Below are positions 8,775 to 19,488 of a DNA stretch of 64,000 nt, one piece after another. Position 1 is the stretch's first letter; each line of letters opens with the position of its first letter. The notes beneath the pieces are model-generated. The model ran no database searches, had not been told where the DNA came from, and saw nothing but the letters and a program-made list of their open reading frames with translations. Origin of the DNA: a virus; the IMG/VR virus record IMGVR_UViG_3300037459_000160, positions 1 to 64,000 of that record. One strand, written 5' to 3'. The position numbers were made by a program, and so were the translations under genes.

Positions 8775-9253
8775 GCAAGCCCAAATTTGATTCGGTAGAT
8801 TGCTTCCACAATGAGGAACCCGTTTGCCCGCATTGCGGCGAGGTTTGTGGGGATTCGTTTGAGCTTTCCGACGTTGATGAAATTGATTGCCCTGAGTGCA
8901 ACAAGCCGTTTCGATCAACTCGCGTAATTGAGACCGTTTTTGATACCGAGCCCCTTGTGGGATGGATTGGGTTATCCATGAGCGACCCTAAGAAAGAAAT
9001 CAAAGACGCATTGGGAGCCGTGGGTATTTTTGGCGTATTGGCAGTTATGCACGATTGCTTTGAGCAAAATTACAGCGGGTACGAAACGTATCCCGTGATT
9101 CAAAAAGCAATTCGGGAATTTGATACCGAGTTACACAAGCTCACCGATGCCGTTGAAGACCCACTTGATAAAGAGGTTTGCGAGGAAGTTTCTAAGGAAC
9201 GGTTTAAGAAATTTGGGATTGTAGAATTACAAGACCGAAAGGGAAACCCATGA
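8771..9253 (+). CDS. Zinc-ribbon protein
   Basis: CPHCG...CPECNKPF. Confidence 0.7.
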   Translation: MSKPKFDSVDCFHNEEPVCPHCGEVCGDSFELSDVDEIDCPECNKPFRSTRVIETVFDTEPLVGWIGLSMSDPKKEIKDALGAVGIFGVLAVMHDCFEQNYSGYETYPVIQKAIREFDTELHKLTDAVEDPLDKEVCEEVSKERFKKFGIVELQDRKGNP

Positions 9254-9447
9254 GTCAAATTAGGTGGCGAATTTATTTTTTGATGAGCTTTGTTATATCG
9301 TCTGTTGGACTACTTTTAATAGGTAAGGGCGACTACTTACCCGGGTTCGCTTTGGCGATTTCGGGGAGTTGGGCGATAGGGGCTCTTACCGCAAGTGTGA
9401 AAGGAATCGGAAACGATGAGTTGGAACCAACGGAAAACTCGGATTGA
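9250..9447 (+). CDS. Small two-TM membrane protein
   Basis: Similar to C-terminus of 5987-6394. Confidence 0.6.
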   Translation: MSQIRWRIYFLMSFVISSVGLLLIGKGDYLPGFALAISGSWAIGALTASVKGIGNDELEPTENSD

Positions 9448-12081
9448 ATTTCGCCGGATGAAACGGCACCAAAAATTACAAATGGCTTGCCAGCTATCGG
9501 GCGGGGGTGTGTGTGAGAACCTCGCGACCAAGGCCGCGAAAAGCCAGCGGGTTTCAACTAAAGGCCGGCAAGGGCTTTTCAAACTTCCTCAATGGTTGAA
9601 GAATGACGAATGAACAGATCCTTGAGGCGATGGAAAGGGAAGCCAAGGCGGCCGGCATGAAATTGATTCCGTACTTACGCCAGCAACACGAACAAGCCGA
9701 GGGCCGACTAAAGGAAGCCTATCGGCAAATTCTTGCCTATTATGATGAGAGTATTGAGAGCAATTGAGCAAGTACCCGCGAGGGATCAACAGCAAACGCC
9801 GGAAGGCCCAACACAAAACCAAGCATCGGCGTTGGCGGGAATGTGTGAGTTGTGAGCAACGCTTTGCCGCGTGGGTTCGTTGGCACGGGCAGCACGGTAA
9901 CGGCGTTATCGGTTCACCCGCGTGCGAGCGTAGCCTTTGTTGGATTTGTGTGATGAGGATAAAGAAATGATTCCCGAGGACTATTGCCCTAAGTGTGCCG
10001 AGCAAACCGTTTTCCTATACATGGAACGCGGTATTACCGAATACGGGCAAATGTGCCCCGAGTGTTTGCATCATGTTGATGATCCATTTTGGGCGATGCA
10101 AGGCGAGTATTTAGATGAGGATGGGGAGCCAACCCCGAACCCTCGCGAGGCCGAGGTTATGCCGTACAGAATCAAAAGATTCATGGTGGCTTACCGTGAG
10201 CTTTGCAAAAAACACGGCCTCTTTTACGGGGCAATGTGCGGGCACGACGGGGAAGCGGTACACCCCGAGGCCGATTTAATCCTTGAGGATGAGCAAGCCA
10301 TAAAACAATTTAAGGAAATGTACGATGGCAAGTGAGGAAAACCCCATTAAGTTGATTCCCGTAAAAGAACAACCCCCGGATAATCCGTTTTTTGTTCGGG
10401 AATACACGACCACGGTTGAGGGTGGTTATGCGGTTGTCAAAATTCCGGCCCCCGGTGGGAAAGTAAGCCCCGAGGATGCTGAGGATTTATTGGATTGGTT
10501 GGGCTTAATAGCTCGGCACCTTGAAAGGGATATGAAACGTGGCGAACAGGAATCGACGCAAGAAAGACAAGGCCCGGCGAACGGCTCGCCCGTTACCGCC
10601 GATGAATCGAATACCTCATAACGTTAATCAAGGCGGGGGCAAAATGGTTATTTTTGCCCTTGAGGGTTATCGGGTTTCAAATTGGCATGATTTGCCCGAT
10701 GGGCGGGGCACCCCCTCGGCCGTTGTTTTTTCGTTGATGTTGGATAAGGCCGGCGAAAAAGTGTTAGGTACCGAGGAAATTGGTATGCGGCTCAAGAGCC
10801 CGGCAGCCGTTGACGAATTAGTTGCCGCGTTACAACGACACAAATTTGAGGTATGGCCAAGTGGGTAATTTTTGGGCCGGCGTACAAATGGGCGGGGCGT
10901 TGTTTGGCCTTATCGCGTTCGCGTGCGGGTGCGGGCTTGGGTGGGTATTGTGGGGCGAGCCTCTCAAAAAGGCCAATAGGATTCTCAACAAAATCATTGA
11001 CGCGACAAATGAGAAAGCCGATAAAAAGTTGGCCGAGCTTGAGGAAAGAGAAAGGGAGTGGGATGCTCGATGAAATGCTTGACGGGAACCCCGAGGCACC
11101 CGAACCGGGTGGGGTGATTTATGCTAACCCCGAGGCGTTGGCAAAGTCATTCCATGAGAATTACGAAAGGCTTGCCCCGGATTTTGGGTATAATACCCGT
11201 GAGGCTTCGGCCGTCGCTTGGGAGGATGTACCCGAGGCCAACAAAAAGCTGATGATTGCAACAGCGGGGGCCGTGGGCCAATTCAAGTTTAATCAATGGG
11301 AAGTAATCCAAGAGCTTGAGGAAAGACTTGAGCGAATCGCCGGAATCGTTGATTTGGTTGATGAGCGATGCTTTGTGGTCGATGGGCCCGTTACCCCGAC
11401 GTTGCAAGAAATGACGCAAAAAGAAATATCCGAAATCTATTGCCTCGCCCAAGGCGGGCCGCTATTCGGTGAGGGCGAAAGCGATGGTTCAACATAAACG
11501 GGGGTTGCCAGTATGGAAACCGGGATTAGTTTACGGGTTGAGCATGAGGGAAAGATTGGCAATTACGATCTTGCCGAGTTACCAAACGAAAAAATTGAGG
11601 CGGCCTTAAAGACGCGGCCAAAGAAAGAGATTTTGCGATGGGTAACGGCTCTTGTTGAAAGGTTCCGTACCCTCGGTTCGGTTGATAACATACCCGGCCC
11701 GTCCGATTACGCTTATGTTGTGGTTCAAAGCTCCAAGCCAACAACGGTTGATTTGTTCGTTGCATTGCGAGGCGATGAAACGGCCGGCGTTGAATACTTT
11801 ACCGACCTTGCCGACGTTTCCGAGGTTTTGCGAAGATTAAAAATTAGGCGGGTTCGCATGAATACGGTACAACCGGATTTGCGGGCCCGAGTTAATAACG
11901 TTGGCGATATTCTCGCCGATATGGGCTATTGGGTTGAAAAGGATTAGGGCTCATGGATGAGCTTACAAAAGTAATTCTTGCCGTCGTTGTTTTTCTGGCT
12001 TCTCTTGCCGCGTTGCTCGCGTTGATCTGTTCGCTTACCGATTCATTTTGGGAAGCCCTAGACCGATTTAATCATTACGGA

Positions 12082-12097
12082 GTGAAACCGGGTTCAC
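12082..12097. promoter_or_regulatory. 16-bp palindromic motif copy (intragenic)
   Basis: GTGAAACCGGGTTCAC inside ORF 11953-12180. Confidence 0.7.
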
Positions 12098-12890
12098 CCG
12101 AGGCCGATGAGGACACGGCCGAGATTGATTTGGGTTTGTCCGATACTGATGAGTGGGAAAATAACCCGAGAAAGGGTTAGGGAATGTGTGAATTTTTTCA
12201 TGACGACCCCGAGGAAATTGATAAACTCGGCGTTGATTACGTTTTGCCGTGTGATTGTAGCAACCCGGATTGCCCCGGTAAGCAAACGGTTTACGGCATG
12301 TTGGTTCGCACTTGGAAAGGTTGGTTCTTGCTCGGGCAAACCTCGGGGGTTTGGCTTTCCATTGACGGGCTCAAACACTTTCGCGACCAATTGGGAAAGC
12401 CTGATTTGGAGATTGCACTTTCGCCGGGTTGTAAAATCATTTACGGATTTGAGCAAAGCCACGCGAAGCAAATAAGTGAGGAATTACATGGGCCAACTAG
12501 GCGAAACCAGTAACCCCGATCTTTTCACCGAGGATGAATCCGAGGCGGTGGGATGGGATGGGGAGTTGATTGAAACTTATCCAACGCTCGCCGAAGTTGT
12601 GAAAGCCTCGCGGGCTCAACTCATTGAGTGGTACCGATACCTTGACGACCCAAACACCGAGTTTCGGCGGGAGATTGTTCAAGCGATCATAAAGCAACTC
12701 ATGGCCGGCGTGTTGGTTCCCTTTCTCGCCCAAGTTGGCGAACACCAACGGAAATTGAGTGGGCGAATGTTGGCCGAGTACAGCCGGCGACAATTGCAAG
12801 CCCTTGACGAAAAAATCATGCGGGCCGACGAACCTGAGGAACCCGTAAGGCAACCTTTTACCTTTGACGATTTTAAGCGAGGTTTGGGCG

Positions 12891-13328
12891 GTGGAAACGA
12901 AGGCTCAAGCGATTGAGAGATTGCGGGAAACCCCAAGGATGCCGGCGAGCTTTTCCCCGCCTACCCTGTCAAAGAATAGGGTTGGCGGGTTGATTGAGCT
13001 TTGTGAGGAATACATTACGCCCGAAATGATTGGGCGTTATAACGGAGTGTCAACCGAGGTTTTCGCGTTGTTCGCGGCCTCGGTTTTTTCGTACGATAAC
13101 CAACGAATTCGGAAGGAAGCTTATGACAGGTTACACATATACGATAACGTTTTTTGTCGGCAATGCGGAACGTTTGAGGCGGGCAACGATTTCGTACATG
13201 GGCGAATTTTCGATTTGGTTTACCTTGACAATGTACACCGGAATGATTGGGTAAGACGAGAGATAGAAACTTGGAAACCCCGAACGGCGATAACGTCTTT
13301 GATGATCTTTCATGGATCAAGGTTCTAG
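12891..13328 (+). CDS. Degenerate class I SAM methyltransferase-like protein (Methyltransf_24-like)
   Basis: EMIGRYNGVSTEVFA...VFSYD and FDLVYLDNVH...W resemble family motifs; appears shortened. Confidence 0.45.
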   Translation: METKAQAIERLRETPRMPASFSPPTLSKNRVGGLIELCEEYITPEMIGRYNGVSTEVFALFAASVFSYDNQRIRKEAYDRLHIYDNVFCRQCGTFEAGNDFVHGRIFDLVYLDNVHRNDWVRREIETWKPRTAITSLMIFHGSRF

Positions 13329-14671
13329 ATTGATGGGCAAACTCGAAAAATATGAGATTTTTTTACTTCAAATTGGAGATTGTTTCGAGTATGCCGGTAG
13401 TTCGTATATTATCTTGGAAGACACAACCATAACCCGAACGCAAGCACCACAACCAGAGCTTGCATATCTTTGTCAGGATGAGGCAGGGTTACACAAAAAA
13501 TTTATAGCGTGTTTGATGGTTGTTCCGATCACGCAAACCAAATTCACCCAAGCCGAGGAAGATTACAATAACGATAACGCCGATATGATACGCCTCAATC
13601 GTTCCCCCCGTATTGATGTTCCCCGAATGATGAGAGGCGGGCCGAACCGATGGCGATAAGTGACCAGATACGGGAGCGGGCAAAACGTGGGATAAGCCCC
13701 GAAATTGACGCGGCAATTTATTACCGCGAGGGATTCCTTGACGCGGTAATGTTGCGACCGATCCGAAAAAACGGCGGGCACCATTACGGGGCGGGGTACA
13801 CCCAAGCCCGAATGACCTTAGCCGATGCGATCAACAAACACTTAGCAGGCCAAGGGCTTGAGGCAATCGGACCCGAGACCGTAATTAACCTTGGATTGAT
13901 TCGCAATGAGTGAGCGGGAAAAAGAAAGAAAGGAATGGGTAAACGGGTATCTTGTTCGGCGAACCGACCGAGGCACGGCCGGAGCCCTTTCAACAATCGT
14001 CGTTGACCCCAACCAACCCACCAAGACCCTTAGACGCGGCCGTTGGGCCGAGTGTGAGGCATACGCCAAGAGCTTACCTAAAGCCGAACCGACCCGGCCT
14101 AAGTGCCCTCAAGGGGCCCGGCTTGTACGGAGTGGTTGGGGTTGGTTTCATTTCAAGATAACCTCCCCGCGTTGTACGCTTCGGCAACTTGAGCCCCTTA
14201 GCTGTTGCGTAATTGTCCAAAAAGAAAACCCCCGCGAGCTTGTGGGGGCCGTGGTTATGTTGCTTGAATGTTACGAGCGGCAATACCTTTGCGATTTTAT
14301 CGGGCAAGCCCAATCGACCGTTGAATGGAACCGGCTGGCGTATGCAATTTCGCAAGCCGAATTTTTACGGATTGAGGCCGAGTATGGAAGCGTTGACGGT
14401 TGAGCAATTCAAGAAATGCCAACGGTTGCTCAAAGCCGCGATGGGTCGTGAGGTTCGGGTACGCATTGGTCGGCGTACGTTGTTTCGGGGTTTTATCGTA
14501 AAGGGCGAGTTTGTGGGGTGGGGCGAAACGACCGGGGGCAGGGTTGGTAGGTTTTCCCTTACGATCCGAGCCCCGATGGGTGAGCATTGTTATATCGTTC
14601 ACCAACTGCCCTCGGGCCCCGTTGAGGGGCTCCCCGAGTTAAAGGCCGAGGGATACCAAAACCAAATCTAA

Positions 14672-14740
14672 CACACGCACGCCCCCGCGTACGCCCGTAC
14701 GCACGCATATACGCCCGTAAGCCCGCACGCCCGCGAGGGG
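14672..14740. repeat. Low-complexity ACGCMC/GCACGC hexamer tract
   Basis: CACACGCACGCCCCCGCGTACGCCCGTACGCACGCATATACGCCCGTAAGCCCGCACGCCCGCGAGGG. Confidence 0.7.
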
Positions 14741-14748
14741 CTTTTTTC

Positions 14749-14764
14749 GTGCAATCGGGTTCAC
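14749..14764. promoter_or_regulatory. 16-bp palindromic motif copy, 33 bp upstream of a promoter
   Basis: GTGCAATCGGGTTCAC. Confidence 0.65.
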
Positions 14765-14774
14765 TCAAAAAACT

Positions 14775-14835
14775 TTCCGAAAAAAGAATAATTAAGCTTG
14801 ACAATGTTTCCGGGTTCGGTATAGTTAGGGCATGA
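14775..14835 (+). promoter_or_regulatory. Strong sigma70 promoter cassette with A-rich UP element (direct repeat of 16366-16427)
   Basis: TTGACA 14798, 16-nt spacer, TATAGT 14820, then GGGCATGA. Confidence 0.8.
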
Positions 14836-14870
14836 CAAGCAACAAACACAACACGAACGGGAGCGAAAAA

Positions 14871-15182
14871 ATGAAAAGCCGAATCAACAAGATAAGCCAG
14901 CAAGCCCAAAAGCAACTCGGTTGGGATGCCCGCGACGTAAGAAACCTCAAGTATGTTTGCCGCAAGTTGCTCCCCATATTCGCCAACGAAATGCTCAACG
15001 ATATTGAGGATTTGCTTGAGGACGATGAGCCCCAACAAACCCTCACCGTATGCCAAGAGATGTATCGGGAAGCGTGCAAACCCACGACCCGCCCGGTTGC
15101 CTTTTTCGATTGGAACGGGGCTTACGTTGCGGCAGCGGTTCTAGGCCATATCACGCTCGCGGTTGTCTCTTACATGGCTTGA
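14871..15182 (+). CDS. Early hypothetical protein (alternative in-frame start 14832)
   Basis: GGGAG RBS. Confidence 0.7.
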   Translation: MKSRINKISQQAQKQLGWDARDVRNLKYVCRKLLPIFANEMLNDIEDLLEDDEPQQTLTVCQEMYREACKPTTRPVAFFDWNGAYVAAAVLGHITLAVVSYMA

Positions 15183-15215
15183 ATGTCGTTCTTGTTCTCA
15201 AGTTGGAGGTGAACT

Positions 15216-15458
15216 ATGAAGATTGGAACCCGTCTTAAGATCACAGACTCTCATACTGTTTTTTATGGTGCAACGGTTGGCGTTGTGGCCACTATTCGGG
15301 AAGGTCGTTATCACTGTCAAGTGAAGGAATTACCAACGTCTAGCAGATTTGAGCGATATCGAAAGGCAAGTTTGCATCCGATCCGCCTTGGTTCCTTTGT
15401 GTTTGTGAGTGACGGCCAATATGAAGTGACGGAAAACTTTCCAAAATCGGCAGAATAA
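15216..15458 (+). CDS. Small beta-rich hypothetical protein
   Basis: GGAGGT RBS; MKIGTRLKIT start. Confidence 0.65.
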   Translation: MKIGTRLKITDSHTVFYGATVGVVATIREGRYHCQVKELPTSSRFERYRKASLHPIRLGSFVFVSDGQYEVTENFPKSAE

Positions 15459-15461
15459 GTA

Positions 15462-15490
15462 TTGACAAGATTCCGAGGGCCGGTTATAAT
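15462..15490 (+). promoter_or_regulatory. Consensus sigma70 promoter
   Basis: TTGACA-17nt-TATAAT, then TGGGGCATGA. Confidence 0.85.
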
Positions 15491-15535
15491 TGGGGCATGA
15501 TGAGAAACGAAACCTTTAACCTTGGGAGTGACAAA

Positions 15536-15853
15536 ATGAGCGACAAGACACAAGTTGCGAAAACGATTCTTTGCCAAATCCGAACCGGCGACAAATGGGC
15601 CTTGGCGGCTTGTGGTGCCCGCGACTATGTAGCCGATGAGAACGGTGTAACGTTTCGAGTTTCGATTACCTCGGCTCGCGTTCGCCATTATATTACAATT
15701 ACGCTCACCCCGGCCGATACCTACACGGTCGAACGGATTTACCTCCCCTCCCGAGGCAAGCAAGCCAATCGGCGAATCGTTGAGGAAACGGTTGAGGGCG
15801 TTTATTGTGACAACCTCGCCGAAATCGTTTACAGCCTTTGCCACAAGAAATAA
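15536..15853 (+). CDS. Conserved early phage protein (alternative in-frame start 15497)
   Basis: VAKTILCQI...ITLTPADTYTV...GVYCDNLAEI pattern. Confidence 0.75.
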   Translation: MSDKTQVAKTILCQIRTGDKWALAACGARDYVADENGVTFRVSITSARVRHYITITLTPADTYTVERIYLPSRGKQANRRIVEETVEGVYCDNLAEIVYSLCHKK

Positions 15854-15923
15854 AGCGAGTGATCCCCAAGGGGGCCCAACGCGGGCCCCCGATTCTAATC
15901 GACACTCATAAATAAGGTGGATT

Positions 15924-16100
15924 ATGGCAGACGATAAATCGACAGCAGCCAGCAGCGGCATCGGTTTCATGGGACTTCTGGGAATTGTGTACGGGCCACT
16001 GGCTTTTGTGATGGCGATTTTACTTGCGATTGGTGCAATCTTTGGATTGATGTTCGCCTTCGTTGCTCTTTACGAATTGATTACCAAGCGGCGTGCCTAG
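15924..16100 (+). CDS. Small membrane protein (58 aa)
   Basis: AAGGTG RBS; SSGIGFMGLLGIV plus long hydrophobic stretch. Confidence 0.55.
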   Translation: MADDKSTAASSGIGFMGLLGIVYGPLAFVMAILLAIGAIFGLMFAFVALYELITKRRA

Positions 16101-16365
16101 CAACGGAGCGGGTACGATCGACTGGGTTATCTCTAGTTAATCTCTAACTTTGTGAGGCGTACCGATGAACACGGCTTTCCTGTTTGACGTTGAAGCGTAC
16201 AAGGGCGAGGGCGAGACCCGAGAGGACCGAGCCGGCCAAATGGTTGCAACGGGTAGCCAAGAGACGCGGGCCCGTCGCCGGCTGTTGGATGCGATCCATA
16301 CCGAGGGATGGGTTGCCCGGTCTTTAGTTCTTGTCGATTCCAAGCCGGCCAAGGATTTGAAATAA

Positions 16366-16427
16366 TTCCGAAAAAAGAATAATTAAACTTGACAAACGTT
16401 TCCGGGTTCGGTATAATAAAGGCATGA
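16366..16427 (+). promoter_or_regulatory. Consensus sigma70 promoter cassette (repeat of 14775-14835)
   Basis: TTGACA 16389, 17-nt spacer, TATAAT 16412, then AAAGGCATGA. Confidence 0.85.
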
Positions 16428-16471
16428 GAGACAACCAAGCCACAAGCGAAACTCAAACCGGGAGCGAAACC

Positions 16472-16924
16472 ATGAGCGAAAAGACCCAAGGCAGCAAGTA
16501 CAAAGCCGGCCGCGATGCCAAAGAAACCTCGGCTCTCATCCGCAAGGAAATCCGAGTCATGTTTCCCGCGAAAGCCGGTTACAAATTCTCGGTCAAGTTG
16601 GAACGATACAGCATGGGCCGAAGTATTACGATTGAAGTAAAGGCCGCCCCGTCGCTATCCATCCTTAATCCCGAATATGCTAAGGCGTATGTCGCCAAAC
16701 CTTATGATAACATTTCGGCGGTTGACTTTGGCGGCCGTTACACTCGTGGGGCCGCGAGTCTTAAGATCAGTCTTGAACGAATTTTGTCCAAATACAACCG
16801 AACGGACATTGATTCGCAAACCGATTACTACAATGTTGATTTTTCGCCTAGTGTGGAGTTTGATTCGGATTTGATTGAGTCCGAGTGGAAAAAGTTTGAG
16901 GCCGCGAGACGAGCCGAGGCGTAA
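16472..16924 (+). CDS. LPD29-like (large polyvalent protein-associated domain) protein; alternative in-frame start 16424
   Basis: IRKEIRVMFP...KFSVK...YSMGRSITI...YNRTDIDSQTDYYNVDF. Confidence 0.65.
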   Translation: MSEKTQGSKYKAGRDAKETSALIRKEIRVMFPAKAGYKFSVKLERYSMGRSITIEVKAAPSLSILNPEYAKAYVAKPYDNISAVDFGGRYTRGAASLKISLERILSKYNRTDIDSQTDYYNVDFSPSVEFDSDLIESEWKKFEAARRAEA

Positions 16925-16942
16925 GCCTCGCGGGCGGGAAGT

Positions 16943-16958
16943 TTGCAACCGGGTTCAC
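16943..16958. promoter_or_regulatory. 16-bp palindromic motif copy
   Basis: TTGCAACCGGGTTCAC, intergenic. Confidence 0.75.
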
Positions 16959-16973
16959 AACAAAGGCGAGAGA

Positions 16974-17354
16974 ATGACCGTAGGATTGATGCAACAGATT
17001 ATACAGATTGTCCAAAACGGGCCGACGCGGGTTGTGATTGCGACCGAGCCCCAAGTTTCGGACGTTTCTCATGGGGGTGGGGGTTGGGCACACGTTCACA
17101 AAAACGGTGTTTTACAATATGTGGTTGCCGAGGCAGTACCTTTCTACCATGCAACTAAGACGGTAGGAATTACCCCCGACGTTGTATTTATCCGCAATGA
17201 TTTCCTTAGCAATGGCAACCCCAAGGCCGGCAAGTATGCAGCGGGTTGGAGCCTCGGGGCCCGTTATAAGGATGAGCAAGCCGCCCGTGATTTGTGGGCC
17301 AGTGATTGGGTTGGGATGTTTGATTGCAATACGGGCGAGTTTATTTACTTCTAA
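16974..17354 (+). CDS. Hypothetical protein
   Basis: ORF, FIRND...WSLGA. Confidence 0.6.
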   Translation: MTVGLMQQIIQIVQNGPTRVVIATEPQVSDVSHGGGGWAHVHKNGVLQYVVAEAVPFYHATKTVGITPDVVFIRNDFLSNGNPKAGKYAAGWSLGARYKDEQAARDLWASDWVGMFDCNTGEFIYF

Positions 17355-17550
17355 CTTTGGAGGGGTTGCCCATGCAAAATATAGTGTTCTTTTTCAAGTC
17401 ATCGTTAGAACCTGAAAGACAGAAGCAAATTAACGAATGGCTTGACAGCTTGACTGATGATCAACGTCAAATGGTTGACGAAATTGTGGAAAATCAACTC
17501 GATGAGGAGTATTTTGACGATCCCCATTAACCAAGAAAGCGAGACAAGTT

Positions 17551-17901
17551 ATGTGGGTTTTTCTAAACGATGCGTTTGTTTCAATCGTGGCCGATGAGAG
17601 CAACAGCGAAACCGGGCACGATCGGTTATTGGTGCGGGCCCGAGCTAAGGCCGATATTAAGGTTGCGTCCAAGCACATTAAGGGGGCCACGGCGATTGAG
17701 CATACCCCCGAGCGAGACTACCCTTGGAGGTTTTTTGCCTCGCGGGTTGATGTTTCTCAATGGTTGTACGATTGTGGGATTTCAATTGATTACCCGAATT
17801 TCAAGGGATCAATCCCCGAAACCACGGCCGGGTATACCCGGCATGAGGCGTATATGAGGGTTTGGGGGGTAATGAGGAGATTTTTTCAAGCGAAACAATA
17901 G
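17551..17901 (+). CDS. Conserved hypothetical protein
   Basis: MWVFLNDAFVSIV...LLVRAR...DYPWR...IDYPNFK motif set. Confidence 0.75.
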   Translation: MWVFLNDAFVSIVADESNSETGHDRLLVRARAKADIKVASKHIKGATAIEHTPERDYPWRFFASRVDVSQWLYDCGISIDYPNFKGSIPETTAGYTRHEAYMRVWGVMRRFFQAKQ

Positions 17902-17924
17902 CGGCTGGAAACTCTCCTTTTCCC

Positions 17925-17953
17925 TTGACCTTGGGGGGCAAACCCTCTATACT
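17925..17953 (+). promoter_or_regulatory. Sigma70-type promoter
   Basis: TTGACC-17nt-TATACT. Confidence 0.7.
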
Positions 17954-17996
17954 TTCCATGAGAGGCAAAGTTTTTCTTTTGCAAAGGATAGAAACG

Positions 17997-18236
17997 ATGA
18001 GTAACACCCCCGCACAAATTGAATTTGTAAGCGTGGCCGAGGCCGCCGACGAATTGAACCTTTCCGAGCGACAGGTACGAAACCTCGCCGAGGAATTTGA
18101 GTGGTTTGGCGGGCGTTGTGGCTCGGGGTGGGTGTTCACGCGAGAACAAGTTGAGCATTTCAAGACGTTCCCCCGACGTGGGGCGGGCCGGCCGCGTAAA
18201 CCTCTCGGTTCGCAACCCGTTGGAGCCGGGGCATAA
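17997..18236 (+). CDS. Excisionase-like (HTH_17) DNA-binding protein
   Basis: FVSVAEAADELNLSERQVRNL...GWVF...RRGAGRP. Confidence 0.75.
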   Translation: MSNTPAQIEFVSVAEAADELNLSERQVRNLAEEFEWFGGRCGSGWVFTREQVEHFKTFPRRGAGRPRKPLGSQPVGAGA

Positions 18237-18309
18237 GGAAATTGACAAACACGCAAGGGCGGTTAAGGTGAAAACCTTGACCGTCTTTTTTCATTGGAGG
18301 AAAATAGAA

Positions 18310-18519
18310 ATGCCCGCCGATCGGTTTGAGGAAATGCCCGAGGTTGACTTAATTGAGGAATTCCGCGAGCTTGATTCCGAGATTGCGGCCGATGCTGAAA
18401 TGAAATCCTTTACCGATTGGGAACTTGATTTTTTTGAGAGTATCATTGCCCTAACAATCCCATTAACCCCAAAGCAACGGGCGGTTGTTGTAAAAATTTT
18501 AAGGGAGTACGAACAATGA
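18310..18519 (+). CDS. Hypothetical protein
   Basis: GGAGG RBS; TDWELDFFESI...LTPKQ. Confidence 0.65.
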   Translation: MPADRFEEMPEVDLIEEFRELDSEIAADAEMKSFTDWELDFFESIIALTIPLTPKQRAVVVKILREYEQ

Positions 18520-18908
18520 AGCGAACAATTGAGTTGGGATATCGCGTGTACGCACGACAAGCCAGCGATACCGAGGGATTGGTTGACAAAACAATCTACG
18601 CCCTCGGTAATGTTGCCATTGATTGCCTCGCCATTGACCCCGACCGGGGTTTAAGTTGGCGAGAGGTTGATGATTTGTTTATTCCGATCAAGCCCGAGCG
18701 ATTGCCCGAGGCCAAGGAACGCGGGCTCTTAATTACCGAGTATCGGGGCCGCCAATGCCTCGCGGTGCGTGAGACGGCGTTTACCGTTGGTATGGAGCCC
18801 GGTGATAACCCCGAGGAATGGGTTGCCGCGATTCTTGAGCAAGTGGGCAACGTGTTTGCAACAGTCCGAATTGTTACCGAGTACCTCACCGAAGTACAAG
18901 CCGTTTGA
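18516..18908 (+). CDS. Hypothetical protein
   Basis: ATGA-coupled ORF. Confidence 0.65.
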   Translation: MKRTIELGYRVYARQASDTEGLVDKTIYALGNVAIDCLAIDPDRGLSWREVDDLFIPIKPERLPEAKERGLLITEYRGRQCLAVRETAFTVGMEPGDNPEEWVAAILEQVGNVFATVRIVTEYLTEVQAV

Positions 18909-18911
18909 TTT

Positions 18912-18927
18912 TTGCAACCGGGTTCAC
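18912..18927. promoter_or_regulatory. 16-bp palindromic motif copy, directly upstream of the glycan cluster
   Basis: TTGCAACCGGGTTCAC. Confidence 0.75.
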
Positions 18928-18948
18928 TTTTGGACCGAGGAAAATACT

Positions 18949-19488
18949 ATGCGGGTTTTTGTTGTAGGTACTGGCCGTTGCGGGAGCACGACTTTTTTTA
19001 AGGCTTGCCAGTATGTTACCAACTACAAGGCCCACCAAGAATCTATTTTCCGGTGCAAACCCGATAAGTTGTTGACTTATTGCGAAAATCACATTGAAAT
19101 AAGCCCCCCAATGTGGCTCGCAATTCCACGATTGCGGAGCAAGTATTCCGATGCTTTGATTGTACACTTGCGGCGGAATCGTGAGGATTGCGTACAATCG
19201 TTGGCCCGCTTGAAAAATGAGAATCGGCAATTGATGTTACAAAATTGGGGGCCAGTTTACGTTGGAGGGATTCGCCGGTTGCCGGCTGTTAAGTTGGCCG
19301 AATGGTTTTATGATTGCACAACGACGGTTATTGAGCAATTGCAACCCGATATGACTTGCGATCTTGAAAGCATCATAGAGTTTTGGCCCGAGTTTTGGGA
19401 GAGAATCCAAGCCGAAGGCAATTACGATAAAGCCTTGAAAGTGTTAGGGCAGCGGTTTAATACTGGCGAATCAAGAGGGGAAAAATGA
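18949..19488 (+). CDS. Sulfotransferase-like (PAPS-binding P-loop) protein
   Basis: VFVVGTGRCGSTT 5'-PSB loop and IVHLRRNREDCVQS 3'-PB-like motif. Confidence 0.7.
   Translation: MRVFVVGTGRCGSTTFFKACQYVTNYKAHQESIFRCKPDKLLTYCENHIEISPPMWLAIPRLRSKYSDALIVHLRRNREDCVQSLARLKNENRQLMLQNWGPVYVGGIRRLPAVKLAEWFYDCTTTVIEQLQPDMTCDLESIIEFWPEFWERIQAEGNYDKALKVLGQRFNTGESRGEK

Larger units (their letters stand above)
9416..14671 (+). other. Run of about 18 short overlapping hypothetical ORFs (e.g. 9967-10335, 10325-10621, 10644-10868, 11063-11497, 11513-11947, 11953-12180, 12184-12513, 12488-12916, 13332-13659, 13650-13913, 13906-14403)
   Basis: Tightly coupled + strand ORFs, several with CxxC motifs or TM anchors; no function recognised except 12891-13328. 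Confidence 0.65.

Noticed and set aside
17925-17999. Fourth leaderless in-frame ATG (17958)
   Set aside because: In frame, but only 4 nt from the -10 box, too close for a typical start site
17997-18236. Evidence of a temperate lifestyle from the excisionase-like gene
   Set aside because: No integrase or att site is visible in the window, and HTH_17 proteins are often simple regulators
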